A stretch of DNA of 64,000 nucleotides from Candidatus Woesearchaeota archaeon (GCA_018653365.1 JABIAG010000001.1:640001-704000), one strand, 5' to 3'; counted from the first letter of the stretch, positions 10,651-21,211 are shown. A program made the numbers and translations. Notes: generated by a model not told the origin, from the letters alone.

Positions 10651-10734
10651 TGCGGGGCACAGGGCTCGAACCTGCGTAGGCACTAAGCCAATAGGGCCTA
10701 AACCTATCCCGTTTGACCACTCCGGCAACCCCGC
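10651..10734 (-). tRNA. tRNA-Leu (anticodon TAG), no intron, CCA not encoded
   Basis: GCGGGGTTGCCGGAGTGGTCAAACGGG-ATAGG-TTTAGGC-CCTAT-long variable arm-GCAGG-TTCGAGC-CCTGT-GCCCCGCA. Confidence 0.95.
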
Positions 10735-10827
10735 GTATATAATATAGATAAATGCGTTTATTTATAAAATTATTGATTGACATTCATTCCAAACATTTAA
10801 ATATATCATATATAATATAGTATAGAG

Positions 10828-11373
10828 ATGAAAAACACCAAACCAACTCATCAGGAATATGTTCATCCTAAAACAATACTACAACAACATTCTGCAGCCA
10901 AACATGCAGGAATGCTAACCCTATTCTTTGGACACTTAGTAAAAAGCAAAATAAAAACAAAAGCCTTCGGATTATTTATGATCAGTCTATTATTTGCAAT
11001 AGCAATACTATTCTTTTCAGTCATTCCAACCCAAACAGTAGTTGTTGGATTTAAAAATTCGGGATTCGTAAGCCATTTACTATCTTATTTCATACTATCC
11101 TTTCTAATAGCAATGTATCTAAAAGAGAAAAAAGCAAGATTTGGCAAAGGATGGGGCCACTTCATAAGCGGAATAATCAAATTTAAAGAAGAAAACATAA
11201 TAAAAATCATACTCAAAGCAGCAATAATCTCGGGATGTTACGGAGTCTTAATTGAAATCATACAATATCACGTGCCCTATAGACACTTCCAATACTTAGA
11301 TATGTTAGTTAACTTTACTGGAGCATTCTTAATATTCGTAATATTGCCATTTCTAATAAGAAAAGATGATTAA
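10828..11373 (+). CDS. VanZ-like membrane protein
   Basis: HLLSYFIL...YGVLIEIIQYHVPYRHFQYLDMLVNFTG. Confidence 0.8.
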   Translation: MKNTKPTHQEYVHPKTILQQHSAAKHAGMLTLFFGHLVKSKIKTKAFGLFMISLLFAIAILFFSVIPTQTVVVGFKNSGFVSHLLSYFILSFLIAMYLKEKKARFGKGWGHFISGIIKFKEENIIKIILKAAIISGCYGVLIEIIQYHVPYRHFQYLDMLVNFTGAFLIFVILPFLIRKDD

Positions 11374-11402
11374 TTGTCAATTATAATTAATTTAAGAACT
11401 AA

Positions 11403-11570
11403 CTAATCCTTTTTTTGCCAAGAATAAGATCTCAGTTTAGCAGAAGCACCATAACCACATGAACTACAAACTTTTTTTCTCATAAGATAGGTACGTTTAC
11501 CACACCGTCTACAATGAGTGCAAGTAATTTTCCCCGACTTTTTTCCCATAGAAGGTGTTCCTTTAGTCAT
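11403..11570 (-). CDS. rpl37e: 50S ribosomal protein L37e (not in ORF track)
   Basis: [55 protein letters not shown]; follows SmAP, as is typical. Confidence 0.95.
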   Translation of the reverse strand: MTKGTPSMGKKSGKITCTHCRRCGKRTYLMRKKVCSSCGYGASAKLRSYSWQKKD

Positions 11571-11573
11571 TTT

Positions 11574-11801
11574 CTAATCCTGCGGTGCAATAAAGATAAT
11601 AGTATCTCCTCTAATAAAGAGTTTACCCAATTGTCTCTTAGTCTCTCCGTTTTCTCTTTCTTCTGCATTATCAAGAACAGTATTAATGTGAATGTCAAAA
11701 GCTACTAGATTTCCAATAAATTGTTTGCCGTTTTTTAATTCAACGATTACTCTTTTGTTTCTTGCGTTGTTAAGTGCATCTAAAGGTCTTGATGTTTCCA
11801 T
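11574..11801 (-). CDS. Sm-like archaeal protein (SmAP/Lsm)
   Basis: RPLDAL...V.VELKNG..F.G.L.AFDIH.N.VL, FIRGD. Confidence 0.95.
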   Translation of the reverse strand: METSRPLDALNNARNKRVIVELKNGKQFIGNLVAFDIHINTVLDNAEERENGETKRQLGKLFIRGDTIIFIAPQD

Positions 11802-11897
11802 TTTAATTTATGAAATAATTAGCCCTATTTAAAGCTTATTATTTTTAGATTAGAGCAAAGGATAAGATTTATAAATGCTCTATTTTTTCTCTATACT

Positions 11898-12269
11898 ATG
11901 ATTTCAAGAAAAAGATCAAAAAGGAAAAGTTCCGGCGGATTATATACTGCTTCACGTAAAAAAAGAAAAAGTGAATTAGGCAGTGTTCCGACTACAACCA
12001 AACTTGGAGAGGTTAAACGAAGACTGTCAAGAGTACTTGGTGGAAATGTTAAAACCCGAAATGTTCAAACAAACGTTCTAAATCTTTTTGATGGAAAAAC
12101 TTATGTTAAAGCAACAATAAAAAATGTTACAGAAAACAGTGCTAACAAAAACTTTATTCGACAAAACATTCTAACTAAAGGCGCTATTGTTGAAACCGAC
12201 AAAGGTAAAGCAAAAATAACTTCTCGACCTGGACAAACAGGCAGCTTAAACGGAATTCTTATTAAATAG
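11898..12269 (+). CDS. rps8e: 30S ribosomal protein S8e
   Basis: SKRKSSGG...RKKRKSELG...ILTKGAIVET..GKAKITSRPGQTG. Confidence 0.95.
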   Translation: MISRKRSKRKSSGGLYTASRKKRKSELGSVPTTTKLGEVKRRLSRVLGGNVKTRNVQTNVLNLFDGKTYVKATIKNVTENSANKNFIRQNILTKGAIVETDKGKAKITSRPGQTGSLNGILIK

Positions 12270-12310
12270 AATAACGAAATATTTATTAAGTGCTTCCCCG
12301 AAAAAAGGGT

Positions 12311-14380
12311 ATGAAAAAACTATTATGATTTATTACCTTTCTAATCCTCTTAACCACAATCACATATGCAACACAAGAAATTAGTGTATTAAGTACCCCA
12401 AAAGAAACATACCACCTTGGCGAAGAACTAAATAGCGAAGTATCCTTCACAAATAATGAAACAAAACAAGCAGTAGCAAGTATCGCACTCGTCTGTGACG
12501 ATGTTGATTTTGAATTCTACAGACAATTATTCACAAGTTCAACACAGAAACAAATAATTCAGGGACCAAAAATAAGCGTAACAGACGAACTAAATGGAGA
12601 GTGTTATGTACTTGCATCACTCCAAGACCTACTTGGTAAAACACTAACACAAGATAGAACAGATGCATTTACCATCACCAACACATTAAACATACAATTA
12701 GAGGTTACACCAAGTTCAGTAAGACCCACAGAACCAATACAAATAACCGGAACCATCGATAGAGCGGGAGAGTACACTCTAACAACAACACTTAATCAAG
12801 AAACAAAAAAGTATGATGTAACTGAAAACGTCGACATAAGCTATGGACTACCAAACGATTTAGAACCTGGAAATCATGTAATTCTTATTTCTGCAAATGA
12901 TGAGGAAGGCAACATCGCAGAAGAAGAACTAATCATTACTATTAAACAAGTACCCACTGAATTAACAATACAAGAAATTAATGACATACTACCTCCTGCT
13001 GATGCAAGAATTGAGACAAAACTAATTGATCAAGCCGGTGAAGAGATGAGTTCACCAATTACTGTTCTAATTACTTACCCTGATGAAACAAACAAAGAGG
13101 TAACCTCAACAACAGGAACAACCCTCAATCTTCCAATTGGAAATACAGACTTACCCGGACAATACAATCTTAAGATCACGTCAGAAGAGTTATCATCTGA
13201 AAAAACATTTCAGGTACTAGAAAAGATCGAATTAGATGCAGCCATAGAAGGTAATGAATTACTAATATCTAACTTAGGCAATGTTCTCTACGAAGAAACA
13301 ATATTTCTTGAACTAGAAAAAGAGGGCAAGATGATCACCCTTGTTTTGAAAAGTGAAATAGAAGTTGGTGAGAAAGAAACATTTGACATAGGAACAAAAA
13401 CCGAAGACGGAACTTACAACCTTAAACTAACAACAAAGGCACTAGAAAAAGAGTGGTCCAACATAGTTATAGAAGATCATCGAAATGGGGTAAAAAAAGC
13501 AAAAGACGGACTTTATTCAATAACCGGGGCATTAACCTGGAACTCAGAAAATGGATCTAAAACTCCAATGTATCTTGTTATTGTAGCCATAATCATAATT
13601 GTGTTAGCAATAGTATTTCATCAAAGAGTGGGAAGTAAACTAAAAAAAGTAATAAAAAAACAAGATGAAGCCCCAACCAAAACCGAAACAGTACAACTCA
13701 AAAATGAATTATTCAGCGAACAACAAAACAACAAACAACTACAAAAAATAATTGAACAATACATAGACAAACAGGTTGTTAAAGAACATTTACAAGATGG
13801 CAATACTGGAATGACAAGAAAAGAAATTTCCGTATTGTTCACAGACATGAGAGGATTCTCAAAATTATTTGGGGAATTCCAAGACGAAGAAATAATCCAA
13901 CTATTAAACTCTTACTTTGAAAAATCAAGTAAAACAATCAAACAACATGGCGGACTAATAAACAAATTTATTGGCGATAGTGTAATGGCACTATTCAATG
14001 CAACAAAACCACAACAAGACCACGTAATGCAAGCAATTTGTTCAGCACTAACACTACAAGAAGAACTAAAAGAACTAGATACAGAATTACAAAAAAAAGG
14101 ATATCCCTCTCTCAAAGTTGGCATTGGCATCTCAACTGGAATGGCAAGTGTTGGCTACTTAGGCGGGAAAGAAAAACTTGAATATACTGCAATAGGAGTA
14201 CCAGTAAATACTGCATTCCGAATGCAAGGAAAAGCGCAAACTGGAGAGGTAATCATTTCTGAAGCAACCTACAAACGAGTCAAAGACAAAATTGAGGTTG
14301 AAGAAATAGGAGAGGAAGAATTCAAAAACATACAAGGAAAAATAAAACTATTCAGAGTTCTGAGTGTAAGACATTCTTAA
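12311..14380 (+). pseudogene. Membrane-anchored class III adenylate/guanylate cyclase with a large extracellular domain, interrupted by an in-frame TGA at codon 6 (ORF track shows only 13046..14380)
   Basis: ATG AAA AAA CTA TTA TGA TTT ATT..., then open in frame to 14380. Signal peptide, beta-rich region, one TM helix and cyclase motifs (VLFTDMRGFS, KFIGDSVMALF, GIGISTG, YTAIGVPVNTAFRMQ). Confidence 0.75.
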
Positions 14381-16888
14381 AGTTCCAGTAGATCTAATTG
14401 TGGGAGTTGAGGTATCAGCCAAAGGTTTTCTAGCAGTAAAAGAAAGATCATCCACTAAAGCTCGAATTGAATCATTTGTAATCACTGCATGAGACATTCC
14501 GGTTGCAAGCGGATTATTAAACATGAACTGATTTAACTCTGCCCCAAACTCACCCAAAGTCTGATAACGCTTGGCAGGATCAGGATGTAATGCCTGTCTT
14601 AAAGCATCATTCAAATAGTTTGTTTCAGGTTGAGAAAAAAAACTATTTTCAAGAGGAGTTATAGGCTGAAACACGCAACCTGCAACCTGCTTGCAAACTA
14701 CATCTCGCTGAGTAATAACACTGGAAAGCGCACCTGCCTGGCTTTCAACAAAACGTGTAATTAAATCCTGTTGAGGGTTCTTATAACGCAAAATTTCCTC
14801 CACAGTCCGAGCAAGAGCATAAACATCTGCACTCTGTTTTACGCCATTAGGGTCATCAAATTGTTCAGGAGGCATGTACGCTGGAGAACCAAAAAACGCC
14901 CTATAATCAACATCCCCCACAAGTCTACCCCCAAAATCAGTCAAAACTGCTCTGCCATTAGAGGTAACAAAAAGATTTTCCGGTTTGATATCGCGATGCA
15001 CCCCCGCATAATCAACGCGACAAATTCTCTCAGCCAAAAATGCAATAACCCAAGGATCAAAGAAATCAAAACCCACAGATTTGGCACGTCTTAAAGTTTG
15101 AGCACGCACCATGAGCTCTCTTAAATTTTGTCCATCTAAATATTCCATTGGAACAACACGTAACTCTACACCCTCTGAACTCCCCCATAAAAAGGGCTGT
15201 TCTGTAGCAACACAGAAGGGAGAGGTAATGTCAATTGCTGCTGCCTCACTAAAAAATGCCTCTTTACGTTTAGCAGGCATGGATAACTTAGCTACCTTAC
15301 AAGCAACCCTTCGCGACATATTACCTGAACGCTGACTAGCCTGCCAAACTTCACCCTCCTGACCTTTACCCAATAAATGTTCTAAACAATAAGTCATGGT
15401 CGCTTTAAAATCTGAAACAGAAGAAGATTTGCCTTGTTCCAACCGAGTCAACGCAGGAGTAATATAATGTAAATCACCCTCTTCAGGAGAAGCAACAAGT
15501 CTTGCATTTAGAGGTACGTTCGGACCCAACCCATAATTATGCTTTAGACTCCAACGACGATTACCCCCCAACCAACAATCATCCCGACCAGTATTATAAG
15601 TAAAACCAACAAGTTCTGACAAAAAATCTTGAGGGTTAGCATAAGTACCATTTTGCAATCCATCCAACAAATTAGCAAGAGTGCTTTTAACTTTGGAAGA
15701 TTCATCAACAAACCGACCAAGTTGTCTAGAGGTTATACCCCCTGTTTTGCTTCCACGAGTAACCATAAAACCAAAAAGATCACCCAAACTTTTCATCGCA
15801 AGTTTAGGATCATCACGCTGAGAACCCCACAAACTTGCAAGATCTACACGCGTATAACCATCAGAACCAGTATAACAACATTCAGGCGTGACACAACAAA
15901 AGTACTCTGCACTAAACGCCTCTCTTAATGCTTCTGTAACCTTTTGAACATCAAGTAAAACTTTAGCCAACCAGGTTTTCTTATCAGGTACTAATCCACG
16001 ATCAACAAATTCCTTTAATGTTAAACCACCATGATATGGTTTGACTGCATACCACCTATCCCCATTACGAACCACCTTATCAACAGGCAAGACAGGTTCC
16101 CATGCCATGTCTTCTTGCATAGAACCAACAAGATTTCGCCACTCAATATTAGCCACTAAATCTGAAACATCATCAAGCAGAACTCGTCTCTGAAACCTTC
16201 TCGAACCCAATTCTGGACCACGTTCAACAGCAGGAAAGGGTCCGTCTCCAGGCTTATCTAAAAAATAAGTGTTCTCAGTTTCAAGCGGATGCTGACGTAA
16301 AAGACCAAAAAAAGTATGCAAATGAGTATCTAACCCCTCGGCCTGTCCCAACTGTTGAACAATCTCAAAAAATGGAAGAAACGCAGGATAAACTTCAGAA
16401 GTAAAATAGGCAACGCCCGCATTAGATGCTCTTGCCCCTCTTAACGCACCCACAACACACATCTCTGCCTGTCGTTCAGGAGAAAATTGATTAGTTAAAC
16501 AGAAACCCTTTGATGCTGCGACCGGAATTCTACCAAGCAAACCAGACTGATTTGTTCCGGGCTCAAAATACTGTGGAAGATTTCGCACCAACATAGATCT
16601 TAGTGTTGAAGTTATTTGATCCTCCCCCAAATCATGACCTGCATCCATCTGATCATTTGCCTGCTTAAGAATTCTTAACAGGTCCATGCCCACAGAATAA
16701 CAAGAAAGTGTTTCAGTAAGATCCGGTTGAAACCTAGAGGGGGCTGGTTTAGAGGGAACAAAACCCCTATGAATATTTCCAACATCCCACAAAACAGATT
16801 TAATCGCTTCAATATCAAAAGATAATTCATTACGTAGTGCTTCTGTCGCCCGAACACTATCACATACTAACTTATCTTCAGAGTTCAT
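14348..16888 (-). CDS. Hanks-type Ser/Thr protein kinase with an additional degenerate kinase-like domain
   Basis: LGKGQEGEVW, VACK, HRDIKPEN, DFG, GSPAYMPPEQ, DVYALA; no TM segment. Confidence 0.9.
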   Translation of the reverse strand: MNSEDKLVCDSVRATEALRNELSFDIEAIKSVLWDVGNIHRGFVPSKPAPSRFQPDLTETLSCYSVGMDLLRILKQANDQMDAGHDLGEDQITSTLRSMLVRNLPQYFEPGTNQSGLLGRIPVAASKGFCLTNQFSPERQAEMCVVGALRGARASNAGVAYFTSEVYPAFLPFFEIVQQLGQAEGLDTHLHTFFGLLRQHPLETENTYFLDKPGDGPFPAVERGPELGSRRFQRRVLLDDVSDLVANIEWRNLVGSMQEDMAWEPVLPVDKVVRNGDRWYAVKPYHGGLTLKEFVDRGLVPDKKTWLAKVLLDVQKVTEALREAFSAEYFCCVTPECCYTGSDGYTRVDLASLWGSQRDDPKLAMKSLGDLFGFMVTRGSKTGGITSRQLGRFVDESSKVKSTLANLLDGLQNGTYANPQDFLSELVGFTYNTGRDDCWLGGNRRWSLKHNYGLGPNVPLNARLVASPEEGDLHYITPALTRLEQGKSSSVSDFKATMTYCLEHLLGKGQEGEVWQASQRSGNMSRRVACKVAKLSMPAKRKEAFFSEAAAIDITSPFCVATEQPFLWGSSEGVELRVVPMEYLDGQNLRELMVRAQTLRRAKSVGFDFFDPWVIAFLAERICRVDYAGVHRDIKPENLFVTSNGRAVLTDFGGRLVGDVDYRAFFGSPAYMPPEQFDDPNGVKQSADVYALARTVEEILRYKNPQQDLITRFVESQAGALSSVITQRDVVCKQVAGCVFQPITPLENSFFSQPETNYLNDALRQALHPDPAKRYQTLGEFGAELNQFMFNNPLATGMSHAVITNDSIRALVDDLSFTARKPLADTSTPTIRSTGTLRMSYTQNSE

Positions 16889-17013
16889 ACTTTATTATGT
16901 GAAAATGTGTTTTTAAACATTTATAGCATACAATGCAACCATAAAAGTGTAATTACCACCCATAAGTAACAAAGATGCGAAAGATTTATATATTTAAGCA
17001 CATTTAGTACCTT

Positions 17014-17874
17014 ATGGTGAAACTCCCCCCATTCATAACAGAACCTGGAATCGCACTTGACACTGAAACTCAATATCATGAACTTTATGAACTTATCCTC
17101 TCAACAGGTACAAGCTTAACGATTCAAATTGAAGAACTAAGCGGCTACCCCCCCACATATAGAATAACACATTATGCTTCAACCCCACCCCAATTCGCAC
17201 TACGACAATCACATAGCATAGCAGATGAAAATGAAAAAGGCGTTCTGGATGAGCTTCTTAGAACATTTCAGAGCAATTATACTCGCCAAGGATGCGACGT
17301 TTCACGAAACGGACAATCTGTGCTAATAACCCCCATCGAAACAAGAAACTTGCCCGAATTAATAGATGACTTAACTGAAGGACAAACACATAAAATATTA
17401 AATGCCTGTTTACCTTACCAAGAAAGAGAACGCAAAAGAGCCCACACTCGAGCACAAACCGCATCAAGGGCAGACATAGGCCACGTAGAAGGAATTTATG
17501 GAACAAACCACCTAATTAACACAATTACAAAAGAAAAAGTTCCACTTAAAGTTGCCAGAGCAGCACTCCACATCCTATTTCCAAAAAAAGATTATGAACC
17601 CAAAGATCTTGAACTACCTCAAACAATAACCTATCGCCAAATAAAACAACTTAAAGAAGCACTAGGGGGAGAAACACAACCCCTCAATCCTGAACTGGCA
17701 GATAAAACTTATGATCCCACAAGAGTGATCTTTCATTTTGCAAAAGATCCAACTCTACCTCACGGAATTGATGACATGCGACGCATGACAAACATATTAT
17801 TCCTAAAAAGAACGCAATACCACCCAGGACAACAATCACTTCCAGGTTTTGAAGACGTATGTAATCTAGATTAA
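17014..17874 (+). CDS. Hypothetical protein
   Basis: 286 aa ORF with TATA upstream; no recognised motif. Confidence 0.6.
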   Translation: MVKLPPFITEPGIALDTETQYHELYELILSTGTSLTIQIEELSGYPPTYRITHYASTPPQFALRQSHSIADENEKGVLDELLRTFQSNYTRQGCDVSRNGQSVLITPIETRNLPELIDDLTEGQTHKILNACLPYQERERKRAHTRAQTASRADIGHVEGIYGTNHLINTITKEKVPLKVARAALHILFPKKDYEPKDLELPQTITYRQIKQLKEALGGETQPLNPELADKTYDPTRVIFHFAKDPTLPHGIDDMRRMTNILFLKRTQYHPGQQSLPGFEDVCNLD

Positions 17875-18405
17875 TTCTCCTTCACACATGCCCTGAATTC
17901 CAGCAGCATTACCCTCATCAGCATCAAGATGTAAAGCCAATTTTGCATTTTCTTTTATTCTAACAGGAATGTCATGAAATGTCATGGGTCGGGTGTTGTC
18001 AACTCTAACAGAAACTAACTGTCCATCCTTCAAAGAAAGCCTTTTTGCATCCTCTTCAGAACAATGCAGATGACGCTTAGCAATAATTATAGGAACCTTA
18101 ACAGAACCCAACTCAGTTGAAATTTCAGCAACAGGAACATCAGCCACATCTCCTGAAAGTCTAAGCTCTGCCTTGTGTTTTAGATTTCTAGCATCAGTAT
18201 GAGAAATTTCCAGTTGAGAGTGAGCTCGAACTGGTCCAAGGACTCTTACCTCAAGATTTTGAAAACTGACCTTCTCTTCTGCAGCAAACTCTCCAGGCTG
18301 AGAAAGATCCTTTAATTTTGTTAAAGCATAATCCTTGCCAAACAATACTTCAAGATCATCCTTACAAAGATGAACATGTCGATTTGAAACCTCAACTAAA
18401 ACCAT
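17866..18405 (-). CDS. pduL: PduL-type phosphate acyltransferase (phosphotransacylase)
   Basis: VSNRHVHL, LSQPGEFA, VLGPVR..SQLEIS.TD, IAKRHLH, LHLDADEGNAA. Confidence 0.9.
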   Translation of the reverse strand: MVLVEVSNRHVHLCKDDLEVLFGKDYALTKLKDLSQPGEFAAEEKVSFQNLEVRVLGPVRAHSQLEISHTDARNLKHKAELRLSGDVADVPVAEISTELGSVKVPIIIAKRHLHCSEEDAKRLSLKDGQLVSVRVDNTRPMTFHDIPVRIKENAKLALHLDADEGNAAGIQGMCEGELI

Positions 18406-18590
18406 GAAGTACTGGAGTAAAGAACTCTATATAAATTTTTGTTTTAAATGCATTCTTTCGCCAATGCCAAGCGAAGTGGGTCTCCCCTTGGTCGAGCCCA
18501 CATTTTAAAAAATTTTGTTTAAAATACTGCTTAGAAGGTTCCCTTTAACAAAACGCAAGATTTAAATAGAAACTAAACGATAAAATACAT

Positions 18591-18953
18591 ATGTTCGGAT
18601 TAGGCAAAAAAAAAGAAGAGGACAACTTACCTCCAGAAGGTGATACGCCCTTTCCTCCAATGGATGGTGAAGGAAAATTTCCCCCACCAGAACAAGCATT
18701 TGATGAACCCACTCCATTGGATGGATTGTCAAAACCAGAATTTCCCTCAACTCCAATGGAAACTCCACAAACCTCATTTGAAATACAAAAACCACAACCA
18801 CTTCAACCAACACAAGCTGCACCACAATTAACTGGGGACAGAATTGAAATTGTTATTGCTAAAATAGATGCACTCAAATCAATGATGGAAGTACTAAATC
18901 AAAGAATAGCAAATATAGAATCCAGGTTAGCACAAAATGAAAGAAGATGGTAA
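18591..18953 (+). CDS. Hypothetical protein (Pro-rich linker plus C-terminal coiled coil)
   Basis: MFGLGKKK N-terminus, IEIVIAKIDALKSMMEVLNQRIANIE C-terminus. Confidence 0.7.
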   Translation: MFGLGKKKEEDNLPPEGDTPFPPMDGEGKFPPPEQAFDEPTPLDGLSKPEFPSTPMETPQTSFEIQKPQPLQPTQAAPQLTGDRIEIVIAKIDALKSMMEVLNQRIANIESRLAQNERRW

Positions 18954-19374
18954 GTTTATTCTTTTTGCTTTACTGATAATAATTGTTGATATTATAACAA
19001 AACAATTAATTGTAATATTTAATCCAAATTTGAAACTATTGCCCTTTTTCTCCTTAATATATGTTAAGAATACTGGCGCAGGATTTGGGATATTAAGTGG
19101 AATGAATGTGTTGTTAATTGTTATTTCTGTTTTAGTATTAGTGGGAATAGGGTATTACTATAAGAAAATTCCCAAAGAGAGTTGGGTGTTGGTTGCATCC
19201 GGGTTGATAACTGGAGGCATCGTTGGTAATTTAATTGATCGTGTGTTCAGAGGGTTTGTTGTAGACTTCTTAGACTTCTTTGTTTCTAGTTGGCACTGGC
19301 CAGCATTTAATGTTGCAGATAGTGCATTAGTAATTGGAGTGGTGATATTAATTATTTATTACTGGAAGAAATAA
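18937..19374 (+). CDS. lspA: Lipoprotein signal peptidase II
   Basis: DIITK, VKNTGAGFG, GNLIDR, VVDFLD, WPAFNVADS. Confidence 0.92.
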   Translation: MKEDGKFILFALLIIIVDIITKQLIVIFNPNLKLLPFFSLIYVKNTGAGFGILSGMNVLLIVISVLVLVGIGYYYKKIPKESWVLVASGLITGGIVGNLIDRVFRGFVVDFLDFFVSSWHWPAFNVADSALVIGVVILIIYYWKK

Positions 19375-19405
19375 CTTTAAAAGATAATAAAGAGTTCTTA
19401 ACCAT

Positions 19406-19657
19406 ATGGAGACAGTGATTGCAGAAGTAAGACAAGAAAGAACCTATATGACTTGTTGTGTTTATTCAGCAGAAAGAGTTGTTGTTAGTTCAACCCCCAC
19501 CCGAAGAGTAACCGAGGACCAAAATGCAGAATTACTCTGTACACTCAAAACAGGAATAGGTAAAGGCGATAGAAAACTTGCAAAAAGAATAAACCAAGAA
19601 CTTGCAAGAACAAGATATACACAAAGAATAAGACCTGAAAATGTTTTCTTTATTTAA
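19406..19657 (+). CDS. Hypothetical protein
   Basis: 83 aa ORF filling an intergenic gap. Confidence 0.4.
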   Translation: METVIAEVRQERTYMTCCVYSAERVVVSSTPTRRVTEDQNAELLCTLKTGIGKGDRKLAKRINQELARTRYTQRIRPENVFFI

Positions 19658-20285
19658 GACAATTATGTTTCTTTAATTTTAGTTCCTTAGCTTCGGTTTC
19701 AGTTATAACCTTCTTATTCTTAATCCGTTTAGCCCACTCACAAGATTCAGCATGATAATATTTTGAGGAAGGTGAATAGATTAACTGATCCTCTTTTAAC
19801 TCATCGAACTCTTGCTCCAATGCACGTTTTTCTTCTACCAAGTTTGCCAACTCTTTTTTCAACTTATCAGTTTTATCCTCAGAAGGTACTGGCGGAACTA
19901 AATCTGTTTTAATTGAAAGTGTAGAAACAATAAACGCAATTATGTTGAGCACGATTAAAATAAAAACCGCCATTGAACTACTTAAAACAAACAATCCAAC
20001 CGTGTAAGCGATTAAAAAAGCGAATAAAATCATTAATAAGAACCATGCCCATCTCTTTTCTTCCCCAATACCAATCAAAGAAAGCATCGAAATAATTATG
20101 AAAATGGAGAATAAAACAAGATCTAATGATTTAAACGATTCAGAAATTAGTTTAGTAGCGATAAATGCAAAAGTAAGAGCTAAGACAACAAAATTGAAAT
20201 AATATGTTAATTTCCCCACAGCCATAAAGAAAAGAAAAGAAAAATAACTTATAAAGATTTCTATGGAGGAGAATACGCTTGCCAT
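19650..20285 (-). CDS. Multi-TM membrane protein with coiled coil and C-terminal Ada-like metal-binding motif
   Basis: Hydrophobic N-terminal half; SKYYHAESCEWAKRIK...KKHNC. Confidence 0.65.
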   Translation of the reverse strand: MASVFSSIEIFISYFSFLFFMAVGKLTYYFNFVVLALTFAFIATKLISESFKSLDLVLFSIFIIISMLSLIGIGEEKRWAWFLLMILFAFLIAYTVGLFVLSSSMAVFILIVLNIIAFIVSTLSIKTDLVPPVPSEDKTDKLKKELANLVEEKRALEQEFDELKEDQLIYSPSSKYYHAESCEWAKRIKNKKVITETEAKELKLKKHNCLK

Positions 20286-21211
20286 TCCTCACTTGTTTGT
20301 GATGCCAACAAGTTTGTCTTGAATAAAGACTCCATTGCCAATCTTGCAGAAGAGTCATACTCCCCAAAAACCAACATTTTACCACTAGCTTCGGCCAGAC
20401 CATCCATAAAAACAGATAGTGAGATAATTGAAGAAGCAGTAAGTTCGCCCTCCCTTAGTTGATCCCTAAGAAACCCATCATAAACCTCAGCAAGTTGAAG
20501 ATATAACTTAAGATTCTTCCTACTATCAACATACCTTACTACGTTCTGCTGGGTAATCATTCGCCTCAAACCCTGCTTGTTAATTTCAGCAAAACAAACA
20601 CCCAAATCTTCTTCACAAGTTGCAATTGCAACCTCCAAACCATCCCTTCGCTTAAGATTTTCATCAAACTCAACATCAGTATGATCAGAACTTGCTACCA
20701 AAGTTTGCATAGCATCAAACTGTTCACTAGCCTGAACTCTCAACCCAGATGCAGTATCATACCCCCTCTTTGCCAAAACATAACCCGAAATTGCCTCATC
20801 ACGTTCTGCTTCCAAATCAGTTATTGCCTTATCAAACGCCTTAACCACTCCATTTATTGCTCTTGAACCCGATGCAACATTAGTGGAGGCATCTCTTAAC
20901 CTAGAGAGTATTTCCGGCATGTACTTTTCAAACTGCTTTTTAATTTCTGCCGAAACATTCTGATTAACTCTTCGATAAAGCCCCAGAGTTTCACCAAACC
21001 GTCCCCAAATAGGAAGTCTTACAAAACCACCATGGACATCCATGTGTTCAACCACCTCAGCAGGATTGTTCTTTTCCAACGAACCCTGAATGCTCTGAAC
21101 AGAACCTCGTAAAACCGAGTAATCAATAACCAAGGGATGTTTAACCTTTGAGGGAGTCTGAACCTCAGATTTTGAAACGAGTTTATCAACCAACTCCAAA
21201 TCAACATTCAT
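20261..21211 (-). CDS. Hypothetical helical/coiled-coil protein
   Basis: 316 aa; GAGGTG RBS, ATGA-coupled to the upstream gene. Confidence 0.7.
   Translation of the reverse strand: MNVDLELVDKLVSKSEVQTPSKVKHPLVIDYSVLRGSVQSIQGSLEKNNPAEVVEHMDVHGGFVRLPIWGRFGETLGLYRRVNQNVSAEIKKQFEKYMPEILSRLRDASTNVASGSRAINGVVKAFDKAITDLEAERDEAISGYVLAKRGYDTASGLRVQASEQFDAMQTLVASSDHTDVEFDENLKRRDGLEVAIATCEEDLGVCFAEINKQGLRRMITQQNVVRYVDSRKNLKLYLQLAEVYDGFLRDQLREGELTASSIISLSVFMDGLAEASGKMLVFGEYDSSARLAMESLFKTNLLASQTSEEWQAYSPP

Noticed and set aside
10493-10783. 96-aa ORF on the - strand
   Set aside because: It overlies tRNA-Leu, so it is spurious.
12326-12328. Genome-wide TGA recoding (genetic code 4 or 25) or selenocysteine
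   Set aside because: TGA ends many clear genes here (dnaK, several ATGA junctions) and Trp is encoded by TGG throughout. Only one in-frame case was found, in a signal peptide.
10651-17874. Integrated element at tRNA-Leu
   Set aside because: No integrase and no duplicated tRNA 3' end were found; the flanking genes are housekeeping.
18474-18503. gtggg...cccac hairpin between pduL and the next gene
   Set aside because: Single copy in the window with a short stem; no function can be supported.
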